Origin: an uncultured Clostridia bacterium
GTDB taxonomy: Bacteria; Bacillota; Clostridia; TANB77; CAG-508
Direction of reading: 5' to 3'
DNA: 64,000 nucleotides
Assembly: GCA_944389475.1 (NCBI GenBank)
Contig: CALXMM010000001.1
Span: forward strand, 8,721 to 72,720
Positions 7,834-16,553 of this stretch are shown here, piece by piece (within the stretch, counting starts at the first letter, position 1; each line of letters starts with the position of its first letter). Below the pieces are notes generated by a model. It saw only the letters and a program-made list of their open reading frames with translations. It was not told the origin of the DNA and ran no database searches. The translations under genes were made by a program, and so were the position numbers.

Positions 7834-10800
7834 ATTTACAAACATTTAGAAATCTAAAACAAGAAGTTATAAACTATGTAAACAGAATAGAAGAGATAGA
7901 TGAAAGCCTTGAAATTATTTCGGATGAGGAAAATGATAAATTATTGGCAAAATATAAAGAAATCATAGACTTTTTATCAAAACATGATTTAAGTGATATA
8001 GATTTTAAAGAATGGCAAGGAATGTTTCTTCAGGTAAGTGAAGAAGTACCAATGGATTTCTCAAAAACAAAAGCAAAATTGGACTTTTCTATAATTGATT
8101 ATGCTAGATTTGATGTTTTTCCAAATTTTAAGAATTGTGAAATAAGAAATTTTAATTTTAACCTTTATGAATATAGACCGGAAATGTTTGATGAAAAATT
8201 TATAAAAGAGAATCAAAAATATTTCTTAAGTGAAGAAGCACCTGAAAATCTAAAAAAAGACTATTATACACATTCTTTATCATTAAAAGTTTATAGTGAT
8301 AATTTAGAATATTTTAAAGGTAAAGCAGTTAGTAATAATTTTAATATATTCAATGAACAGACAAATCTATTTTATTTATATGGTGATGATATATATCAAT
8401 TATTTTCTAATTATAAACCCTTAATGGATAAAATAATAGATGATGAAAACACCGATTGGGGTATTTTGCGTAATCCAATGGATACAAATATAGAAACAGA
8501 AGAAGATAAAAAGAATCGCATGAAGAATTTGCTGGTATCATATTTTAAAGATCCAAATCAAATTGATGATTTCCAAATGCTTAAAATGATTTTAGATTTT
8601 GTACCACTTAATGAGTTACCTTTTTTTGATAAAGATAGAGAGATAATTGAAAAATATGGAATAGATAAATTATTAGAATATGGAATTAAAGACTTGAAAG
8701 AATTAGCTATTGTAACAAATGATTTATACGAAATTAGAGACTTAATGAAAACAATTCCACTTGATTTAATTAAAATTGGAATGGGAGCAAATTCTTTTAT
8801 AGAAATTCAGTTTATTCAAAAATATGGAATAGATAATATTATTAGATTGGATGAAGAAACAAATGGAATGTTCTCTCATAAAATATTTAATGACTCCGAT
8901 ATCTATCTATTGGCTTTTGCTTATGTAGATAGGAATTCACCTCAACAAAAACTAGATAGAGAACTAACTTATGATGAGTTTAAGAATAGAATGTACGAAC
9001 TTTTACTACATTCAAGAGATGAAGATGAAATTTTTGCAAATAGGGATTTTCCGGATTATGATTTTATCACTGGAAAATTTAGAAAAGAGCATCAGGATAT
9101 ATTTTTAGATGGTGATATTGACCCAGATATAAAGAGGAAGTTTTACAATGGAAGAATGACTGCAAACGATATTAGAGAACATCCAGAATTAATTAACTTA
9201 TTACAAGGAAAAGACCTTGGTGGAGTATTTCATGCTTTAATTTTTGTAGATTCTGGGCCAGAAATAGTGGATGAAAATGGAAATGTTAATCGAAATCCTA
9301 AAATGGTAAATTTAGCTAATTATTTTTCAAATAAACTTGGACAAGAAGAATTCTTGAAGATTTGTGCAACATATGGAGTTTGTTTCGACTCAGTTAGTTG
9401 GAGCACAAAGGATTTAGATTTTGAAAATATAAGAGAGTCAATAGAAGATAAAATATATAAAGATTTAAAAAGAAGAGCAATAACATATTTTGATGACTTA
9501 CCTTCTAGTTTTAAGGAAAAACATCCAGAACTATTTCTTCCTAAAAATGTTGATGAAGAATTTAGAAATAAATTTTATAGTGGTAGATTATCTTTTGAAG
9601 ATATAAGGGAAAATCCACAATTAAAAGAAGTACTAGTATCAAAAGATTTGAGTGTAGGATTTAGAGCAAGTTTCTCATATCAAATTAGTTTGTGGAACGA
9701 GTTATCTAACTCAGAAATATTGGATTTACTTGAAAAATATGGAAGATATCTAAGGATTATTGATTTAAAAATTTTACGAGATAGTAAAAATGTGCAAGAT
9801 AGAGATTTGGAAATAGAAACAAGTATAGAAAAATTAATATTGGATAAAAAGGTTCCATTTTTAGAAAATATTCCCAAATTTTTTAAGGATAAACATCCAG
9901 AGTTTGTTTTGGCAGATGATACACCCGAAGTATTAAAACAAGCATTTTATAGTGAATATGGTAATCAAGTAAAAAAAGAATCCATAGTAAATTTTATAGC
10001 TGAACATCCGGAAATGGAAGAAGTATTTTATGCTAGGCGTGGAGAATGTATTTTTCCGTTAATAAAAGAACATCCTGAATGGAGAGAATTTTTAAAGGGT
10101 AAAGATTTAAGATTGTCTTTTAGCAAAGATTATGATGAGCTATTTAAAAGACTTGATAATACTTCAATATTAAAGCTTGGAACTAGGGACCAAGAAACAA
10201 TTAGAAAAATGGTTGACAACCATAGAGAAAGTACTTTAGAAAATTGGTATAATGCAACAGGAAGAAAATTTGTTCCAAACTATATAGTTATGTTAAATTT
10301 TCCAGAAGATGAGATTGATAATTTCCTTGCAAATAGTAAGAAATGGAATCGATTAATGAAAATAGAGGGATATAATTCTAATGAAAATATGAAAACATCT
10401 ATTTTAAAAGCAGCATATAGTTTTGGAGTTTTTGAGGAGAATGACAAAGGTCTTCACGAAACAATTAAATTATTTACAGGGTTGCCAAAATATTTAACAC
10501 CTGAAGAATTTTCTAATATAAATGATTTTATACAATTTACATATGATTCAGATAAAAAAGAGATGTTTCAAAGAGCATATCAGTTAAGGGAAGATGGAAA
10601 ATATAGTTTAAGATTAAATGAACAAAAAGAAAAAAGAACAGCTAGAGAAATTAGAGATATTATGGAACAATCAGATTTTCCTAGAATTATAACTCCAGAA
10701 AAAGCTCATAAAATATTTGATTCTTTTTCGATGGACTATAATCCAAATTTTGTTAAATTCTTTAATGAAAATGCTAATGAAATAATAACAAATTCGGAAT

Positions 10801-12194
10801 GTACTAATGAAATTGCAAAAATACAAAGACAATTTAAAGAGATAGAGAGAATAAATGCTGGTAGAAGATTAACTATGGATTTGGCGAGGGATTACATTAG
10901 AACTATAGCTTACAGTAATATCGATATAGGAAATGAGCAAGTTGCAGAACAAGCTAAAATAGTTGGATATTCACAAGATGATTTCGAAGTAATACAAAGA
11001 TTATATAATGAAGGAGAAACAAGGGATTTTTCTAGTATTCCTAGAGTAACGGGAAAAGTAAAAGGATATACATACGAAATGCTTAGGTGTGATGACCCAT
11101 TAGCATTAACAATTGGGGACCTTACTGATTGTTGTCAAAAAATACATGGAGCAGGAAAAACTAGTATGGAACACAGTATGGTATCACCTGATGGAAGAGT
11201 TTTTTGTGTTAAAGATGAAGAAGGAATAGTTGTTGCACAAAGTTGGTTTTGGAGAAATAAATATACGGGATGTTTTGATAATATAGAAATTCCAGATAAA
11301 ATATTCGAAAAATACGAAAAAGACCATCCTAACGAGGGTAGGAAAGGATTAACAAAAGATGTGTTGGAAGTATATAAAAAGGCTGTAAGTGACTTAATGC
11401 AAGAAGATAAAAGAGTTTATGATGAATTGTTAAAAGAAGGGACTATAACTCAAGAACAATATGATGCCTTATTATTAGGAAAGGTTACAATCGGTTTAGG
11501 GTTTAACGATATTGCTCAAGCAATAGAGACAGATACAACTTTGCATATAGATGAAGAACCTGCAGATGTTATTTCTACACAAAGAGTGCCTTCTCCATAT
11601 ACTGATGCTTATGAACAATATGTGGTAGCAGAAAGGGATGGGATAGTAAAATCTGATTTAGATAATTTATATGTTCATCAAGATGATGTACCAGTATATG
11701 ATGGTAAAAATATGAATGAAAAGGTTTTGCTAACAATAAGAAGAATGGAACAATTTGGTAGAAATAATACACAATACTTATATCAAAAAAGGGAAAATGA
11801 AAACTTAGGAGATTCACAGATAATTATTAATGAAAAAGATGAAAACTCAAGAGATTCACAGATAATTATTAACGAATTGGCAGAAGAATATGGACTTAAT
11901 CCTAGTAGCACGAAGGTAATGGCTACAGCTAGGATGGCTCTTATATACAGTCAGGATAAAGATGAAATAAAAATTGGAGATGTATTATCAGCACCATTAA
12001 AAAAAGAATTAACACAAGAACAAAAGCAAAAGGCAAATAATCATATAAGAAATCAAGTAAAAAGAGCTTTACAACAAGTAGGAGTAGAAAGTAATAAAAT
12101 AGATATGTCATCATTGGATGAAGATAAACAGAAAATGTTACAATCTGTTATAGATGAAATAAAAAAAGAAAATAACAAAAGAGGTGAAAGATAA
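7821..12194 (+). CDS. Large hypothetical protein with internal repeats and a C-terminal G-x-x-T-x-CCQ / AQSW-x-W / DNIE domain
   Basis: 1457-aa uninterrupted ORF with AAGGAG RBS; about four F-x-x-x-HPE-x-FL...FY...KDL repeats. Confidence 0.75.
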   Translation: MEKLDLQTFRNLKQEVINYVNRIEEIDESLEIISDEENDKLLAKYKEIIDFLSKHDLSDIDFKEWQGMFLQVSEEVPMDFSKTKAKLDFSIIDYARFDVFPNFKNCEIRNFNFNLYEYRPEMFDEKFIKENQKYFLSEEAPENLKKDYYTHSLSLKVYSDNLEYFKGKAVSNNFNIFNEQTNLFYLYGDDIYQLFSNYKPLMDKIIDDENTDWGILRNPMDTNIETEEDKKNRMKNLLVSYFKDPNQIDDFQMLKMILDFVPLNELPFFDKDREIIEKYGIDKLLEYGIKDLKELAIVTNDLYEIRDLMKTIPLDLIKIGMGANSFIEIQFIQKYGIDNIIRLDEETNGMFSHKIFNDSDIYLLAFAYVDRNSPQQKLDRELTYDEFKNRMYELLLHSRDEDEIFANRDFPDYDFITGKFRKEHQDIFLDGDIDPDIKRKFYNGRMTANDIREHPELINLLQGKDLGGVFHALIFVDSGPEIVDENGNVNRNPKMVNLANYFSNKLGQEEFLKICATYGVCFDSVSWSTKDLDFENIRESIEDKIYKDLKRRAITYFDDLPSSFKEKHPELFLPKNVDEEFRNKFYSGRLSFEDIRENPQLKEVLVSKDLSVGFRASFSYQISLWNELSNSEILDLLEKYGRYLRIIDLKILRDSKNVQDRDLEIETSIEKLILDKKVPFLENIPKFFKDKHPEFVLADDTPEVLKQAFYSEYGNQVKKESIVNFIAEHPEMEEVFYARRGECIFPLIKEHPEWREFLKGKDLRLSFSKDYDELFKRLDNTSILKLGTRDQETIRKMVDNHRESTLENWYNATGRKFVPNYIVMLNFPEDEIDNFLANSKKWNRLMKIEGYNSNENMKTSILKAAYSFGVFEENDKGLHETIKLFTGLPKYLTPEEFSNINDFIQFTYDSDKKEMFQRAYQLREDGKYSLRLNEQKEKRTAREIRDIMEQSDFPRIITPEKAHKIFDSFSMDYNPNFVKFFNENANEIITNSECTNEIAKIQRQFKEIERINAGRRLTMDLARDYIRTIAYSNIDIGNEQVAEQAKIVGYSQDDFEVIQRLYNEGETRDFSSIPRVTGKVKGYTYEMLRCDDPLALTIGDLTDCCQKIHGAGKTSMEHSMVSPDGRVFCVKDEEGIVVAQSWFWRNKYTGCFDNIEIPDKIFEKYEKDHPNEGRKGLTKDVLEVYKKAVSDLMQEDKRVYDELLKEGTITQEQYDALLLGKVTIGLGFNDIAQAIETDTTLHIDEEPADVISTQRVPSPYTDAYEQYVVAERDGIVKSDLDNLYVHQDDVPVYDGKNMNEKVLLTIRRMEQFGRNNTQYLYQKRENENLGDSQIIINEKDENSRDSQIIINELAEEYGLNPSSTKVMATARMALIYSQDKDEIKIGDVLSAPLKKELTQEQKQKANNHIRNQVKRALQQVGVESNKIDMSSLDEDKQKMLQSVIDEIKKENNKRGER
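11797..11876 (+). repeat. In-frame 42-bp tandem duplication
   Basis: ENLGDSQIIINE / ENSRDSQIIINE encoded by near-identical DNA. Confidence 0.85.
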
Positions 12195-12195
12195 T

Positions 12196-13491
12196 ATGGA
12201 TAATATAAGAGAAATTTTAGGAAATTCAATAATGGCATATACTAATATGGATGTTAATGTGAATGGAAAAGAGATAGTCAAAAATATATTTGATATATTA
12301 AAAGAAGATTGGAAAAGTATACTTAAGGCTAATAAAATAGATGTAAAAAACGATAATGGTTTCAATATAGATGAAGAGTTAATAAATAAAATAAAAAACG
12401 AGATTGATGGCTTAGAAGATTCATATAGAAAAGTTATTTCTTTGCACAAGAATGAAAACAATTATTTAGAAGGCAAGCAGACAGATAATTTGGGAACAAT
12501 TTGCTTAGCCTATGATGGAAATACATATTGCTTATTAGAATCAATATTAAAATCCATTCTAACTCACAATTCTTTAATTATAACTAGTGAATCAAATTAT
12601 ATGAAAGCTACTAATGAATTAATAGTAATATTGGTTCAAAGAATATTGGAAGCATATAAAATAGATAAAAATTTAATACAGATATTATATACTAGTAGAT
12701 TAGAGGAATTGCTTTCTAATATCACTAGCATAAATAGAGTAATCGTTATAGGAAACAAAGACTTTCAAGAAAAAATAAAAAGAATATCTAAAATTGAAGT
12801 TTATACAAAAGGATATGATAATTTCGATATTTATATAGAAGATTTAACCCATCTTTCTTTTATAAAAAAGATTATAAATACAAAGAAAAATATGGACATA
12901 TATGTTAAAAGTGACTTAGAAGTTCCTTTTGATGATTATATTGAAGTAGCAGATATAGATGAAGCAATAGCACAAATAAATTTTAATACATCAGGATATA
13001 GTAGTAGTATTTTTACTAACAATAAACAAAATGCTTCACAATTTTTAAGAGAGGTAAAAACAGAAAATGTATCTGTTAATAGTAGTCCATTAATAAGAGA
13101 TATTGCAAATATAGATATAAAATTATTTTTAAGAAAAAAGAATATGTTTTATCCTAATCCTCTAAAAGAAGGAACCGAGGAAAGCAAATTTGAGTTCCCA
13201 ACAGCAAGAGCAATATTGGAGAAAAATAAAAAAAATGAAACTGAAGCTATGATTAATAAAATGAAAAAGGAAAATATGGAGCTAAAAGAAAACAACGAGA
13301 AACTTAAAAATCAAACTATGATGGAACTACATGAAAAAGAAAAAGAGGTAGATGAGTTAAAAAGACAATTAAGTGAATCTCAAAATATGGCTAATAAATA
13401 TATGGGAATTTTTAGAAAATCATTTTTTAGTAGATTTTTCGGTAAGATAAAAAAAGAAGATATAGAAAAAGATATAAAATCGATTTCTTAG
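12196..13491 (+). CDS. Degenerate ProA/aldehyde-dehydrogenase-fold protein with C-terminal coiled coil
   Basis: ILKANKID, LGTICLAYDG and IDEAIAQINFNTSGYSSSIFT...FLREV...VSVNSS match gamma-glutamyl phosphate reductase segments; no CNA catalytic motif; GAGGTG RBS. Confidence 0.65.
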   Translation: MDNIREILGNSIMAYTNMDVNVNGKEIVKNIFDILKEDWKSILKANKIDVKNDNGFNIDEELINKIKNEIDGLEDSYRKVISLHKNENNYLEGKQTDNLGTICLAYDGNTYCLLESILKSILTHNSLIITSESNYMKATNELIVILVQRILEAYKIDKNLIQILYTSRLEELLSNITSINRVIVIGNKDFQEKIKRISKIEVYTKGYDNFDIYIEDLTHLSFIKKIINTKKNMDIYVKSDLEVPFDDYIEVADIDEAIAQINFNTSGYSSSIFTNNKQNASQFLREVKTENVSVNSSPLIRDIANIDIKLFLRKKNMFYPNPLKEGTEESKFEFPTARAILEKNKKNETEAMINKMKKENMELKENNEKLKNQTMMELHEKEKEVDELKRQLSESQNMANKYMGIFRKSFFSRFFGKIKKEDIEKDIKSIS

Positions 13492-13603
13492 ATGGGACAA
13501 ATGTTATAGAACAAGTGATTTTAATAAAATGAAAATAATAAGTTAAGGCAGAATAGAATCAAATTGAAGGTTACAGAAAAATCAAATATAACATATAATA
13601 AGT

Positions 13604-13639
13604 AAAAAACTATATACTACGTAGTGTATATAGTTTTTT
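13604..13639 (+). terminator. Probable terminator
   Basis: AAAAAACTATATAC...GTATATAGTTTTTT inverted repeat. Confidence 0.55.
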
Positions 13640-13643
13640 CGAC

Positions 13644-14624
13644 ATGGGGGGAATGAAATTGGTGAAAAAGATAATTGGGAATACACCAATGATAAAAATA
13701 AATTATGAATTTAAAGGGAAAAAACAATATATTTATACAAAATTAGAATATTATAACTTAACTGGAAGTATAAAAGATAGAGTAGCATATTACATGATAA
13801 AAAATGCAATAGAAACAGGTGAATTAAAGGAAAATATGCCAATTATAGAGGCGACAAGTGGAAATACAGGTATTGCATTAGCTGCAATTGGTAGGTTATA
13901 TAATCATGAAGTATATATTTTTATGCCAGATTGGGTAAGCGAAGAAAGAATAAAATTAATGGAAAACTATGGTGCCAAGGTATTTCTATATTCAAAAGAA
14001 GACGGAGGATTTAAAAGATGTATTAATGAAGCAAAAAAACTGGCAAAAGAAAAGAATGGATTTTTAACAAATCAATTTTCTAATAAAAATAACTTTTTGG
14101 CACATTATGAAACGACAGGTGTTGAAATAATAAAACAAATTCCAGAGAAAGTTTATGGTTTTGTATCTGGAGTAGGTACAGGTGGAACTTTAATGGGAAT
14201 TGGTAAAAGGTTAAAAGAGAAATTTAATGAATTAAAAATAGTAGCAATAGAGCCGGATAATATGCCAATGCTTTCAAAAGGCATTATCTTAGGAGGACAT
14301 AAAATAGAAGGAATAGGAGATGAATTTATTCCAGAATTAATAGATGAAAATGCCATAGATGATATTATATTAGTAAATGATGAAGATTCCATAAACATGG
14401 CAAGAAGGTTATCTAGAGAATTAGGATTAGGAATTGGAATTTCATCTGGGGCAAATTTTTTAGGAAGCATTTTATTAAGTGAAAAAATAAATAAACCAAT
14501 AGTAACAGTATTTGCAGATGATAACAAAAAATATTTGTCAACAGATTTATTTAAAGAAATAGATAATAACAAAAACTTTATTTCTAATCAAGTAAAACTT
14601 ATTAATTGGGAAGAAGTGGAATAA
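13644..14624 (+). CDS. cysK: PLP-dependent cysteine synthase family protein (exact start uncertain)
   Basis: IGNTP, NLTGSIKDR, EATSGNTG, GVGTGGT, HKIEGIG motifs. Confidence 0.85.
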   Translation: MGGMKLVKKIIGNTPMIKINYEFKGKKQYIYTKLEYYNLTGSIKDRVAYYMIKNAIETGELKENMPIIEATSGNTGIALAAIGRLYNHEVYIFMPDWVSEERIKLMENYGAKVFLYSKEDGGFKRCINEAKKLAKEKNGFLTNQFSNKNNFLAHYETTGVEIIKQIPEKVYGFVSGVGTGGTLMGIGKRLKEKFNELKIVAIEPDNMPMLSKGIILGGHKIEGIGDEFIPELIDENAIDDIILVNDEDSINMARRLSRELGLGIGISSGANFLGSILLSEKINKPIVTVFADDNKKYLSTDLFKEIDNNKNFISNQVKLINWEEVE

Positions 14625-14668
14625 AGCTTTAAAAAAATTAAATAATGACTAAAAAATGTAAAAAAATA

Positions 14669-14698
14669 TTGACTTTATAGCACAATTTGATGTATATT
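14669..14698 (+). promoter_or_regulatory. Putative sigma-A promoter for the non-coding RNA
   Basis: TTGACT-18 bp-TATATT with no substantial ORF before the 14860 terminator. Confidence 0.5.
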
Positions 14699-14769
14699 AT
14701 TTATACAAAAAGAATAAATAATTATTCTTAAATAGTATTATTATATGTGTAGCTACATATAATATAAAT

Positions 14770-14857
14770 GAATTATTTAAGGATAGAAAGGCAGCTATCA
14801 TGCCAGTGATGGTCTAAAAAAGATGTGGGATACGCCGCCCCACTAAATAATTCACCA
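14770..14857 (+). ncRNA. Putative tRNA-like cloverleaf RNA with a 3' ACCA
   Basis: Perfect 10-bp closing stem 14770-14779/14844-14853, internal hairpins (one with a GNRA loop), ACCA at 14854-14857, local GC island, flanked by promoter and terminator. Confidence 0.65.
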
Positions 14858-14859
14858 AG

Positions 14860-14887
14860 AAGGAGACAGTACAAACTGTCTCCTTTC
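14860..14887. terminator. Terminator between the convergent ncRNA and nuclease gene
   Basis: AAGGAGACAGT-ACAA-ACTGTCTCCTT. Confidence 0.8.
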
Positions 14888-14915
14888 ATAAATAAATAAA
14901 ACTTAATTTATATCC

Positions 14916-15332
14916 TTATTTATATTTTTTATAGATTCCTATATTAATATTATGCTTTAATTTGCTTTCAGTTATTGGAAAGATAGTTCTAAAAAGTAAT
15001 CCATTATCATTAGAAGTAATTTTTATTCCAATTAAAGAAATATCTGAAAGTTTTTTAATATATTGGATATTTCCATTTTTTGAATTTATACCAATGTAAT
15101 CAGGTTCTTTAATAATTAAGGGAATATTTGTAATTGCTTCATTATATGCATATACAGAAGAATATTCCGTTTTATGTTTTTCACAATGCTCTTCTATTCT
15201 AGGTCCCCATAAATATATATTTTGTGGCTTTAAATCTAAATTTAATATTTTTATTGCTTGTGTAGAAAGTTCACCTATTTTAACATTTCCACTTTTACTT
15301 TTTTTAAATTTATTTAAGTTTAAATAATCCAT
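14916..15332 (-). CDS. PBECR-like (barnase/EndoU/colicin E5/D/RelE fold) putative ribonuclease
   Basis: 138 aa; IEEHCEKH...IPLIIKEPDYIG...IQYIKK...LFRTIFPI pattern; GAGG RBS. Confidence 0.7.
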   Translation of the reverse strand: MDYLNLNKFKKSKSGNVKIGELSTQAIKILNLDLKPQNIYLWGPRIEEHCEKHKTEYSSVYAYNEAITNIPLIIKEPDYIGINSKNGNIQYIKKLSDISLIGIKITSNDNGLLFRTIFPITESKLKHNINIGIYKKYK

Positions 15333-15358
15333 ATTGTAACCTCATAATTTTTTTATGC

Positions 15359-15387
15359 AGTATACCAGAAAATTAGAGCTTTTTCAA
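15359..15387 (-). promoter_or_regulatory. Sigma-A promoter of the PBECR-like gene
   Basis: Minus strand TTGAAA-17 bp-TATACT with extended TG. Confidence 0.7.
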
Positions 15388-15509
15388 TTAAAAATTAGAA
15401 AAAATTGGAAAACTTTTAAAATGTAAAGTTGAAAGGCTATAATTTGAGTTGAAAGAATCTTAAAAAAATGGTATAGTATAGTAGCTAAAAAAATTAACGA
15501 GGGATAAAA

Positions 15510-16544
15510 ATGGAAAAGATAGAAGGCAAAAGATTAAATAATTTAGATATATTAAAAGCAGTATGTGCATTTTTAGTTATATGTATACATATTTCATATA
15601 AAGCAAATTTAGGAGATATAATTACACCATTATGTAGGATTGCTGTTCCTATATTTTTTATGATAACTGGTTATTTTTATTATAGGACATCAAAAGCACC
15701 ATTAAAGCAAATAAAAAAGGTTTTGGTACTTATAATATTGGCAAATTTATTATATTTTGTATTTGGAATAATAATGGATGGAAAGCCAGAGATACCAAAT
15801 AAAGAAGATATTATGAATTGTGTTCTTTATAATAATTCGCCTTTTGCTTTTCCTCTATGGTACCTAAATGCACTTCTATATGTTCTTATAATTGCATATA
15901 TTGCGGATAAAGTAAATAAACGAAAATATTTATATTATTTAATACCTGTATTATTAGTAACTAATATAATATTTGGTGAATATTCAATAGCATTGCTAAA
16001 TAAGGATTTTGACCCTATATATATGAGGAATTTCCTTTTTATTGGATTGCCATATTTTTTAATAGGAAATTTGTTATATGAAAATAAAGAAAAATTAATT
16101 AAAAAGTTAACAATTAAAAGATTAGCAGTATTGATTCCTATATTTGCTTTAACAACTGTGTTAGAGGAACATTTTCTAACATTAGCACATAAGGATGCTA
16201 TAGGAGATTTGTACATTAGTACAACATTTTTGGCAATGGCAATATTCATATTTGCCATTCAAACAAGACAAGTAAGCGAAGAAAATGTATTAGCCATTAT
16301 AGGAAGAAAATATTCAATGTATATTTATGTGGTTCATTTGATTTTTATAGATTTATTTAACAAATATGTAACTGTTAGCAATAATATTTTAAATAATACA
16401 ATTCAAATTGGAATTTTTATTGCATCATTATTAATTGGTGTGCTATATGTTAAATTTAAGAGTAAATTTTTAATTGTATGGAAGAAATGCATTGAAATAG
16501 GAAATATTGTAAAATTAAAAATTTGGAGTGGTCAATCGGAGTAG
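15510..16544 (+). CDS. Acyltransferase family 3 membrane protein
   Basis: R-x-x-x-LDILK...VICIH, AVPIFFMITGYF, LWYL, SMYIYVVH; about 10 TM helices. Confidence 0.9.
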   Translation: MEKIEGKRLNNLDILKAVCAFLVICIHISYKANLGDIITPLCRIAVPIFFMITGYFYYRTSKAPLKQIKKVLVLIILANLLYFVFGIIMDGKPEIPNKEDIMNCVLYNNSPFAFPLWYLNALLYVLIIAYIADKVNKRKYLYYLIPVLLVTNIIFGEYSIALLNKDFDPIYMRNFLFIGLPYFLIGNLLYENKEKLIKKLTIKRLAVLIPIFALTTVLEEHFLTLAHKDAIGDLYISTTFLAMAIFIFAIQTRQVSEENVLAIIGRKYSMYIYVVHLIFIDLFNKYVTVSNNILNNTIQIGIFIASLLIGVLYVKFKSKFLIVWKKCIEIGNIVKLKIWSGQSE

Positions 16545-16553
16545 GAGGAAATA

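Noticed and set aside
14770-14857. Calling the cloverleaf a true tRNA (including tRNA-Sec)
   Set aside because: 10-bp AT-rich closing stem, no TTC in the T-like loop and no 7-nt anticodon loop; kept as a tRNA-like ncRNA only.
4693-15387. Prophage or ICE
   Set aside because: No integrase, structural, replication or conjugation genes and no att repeats found.
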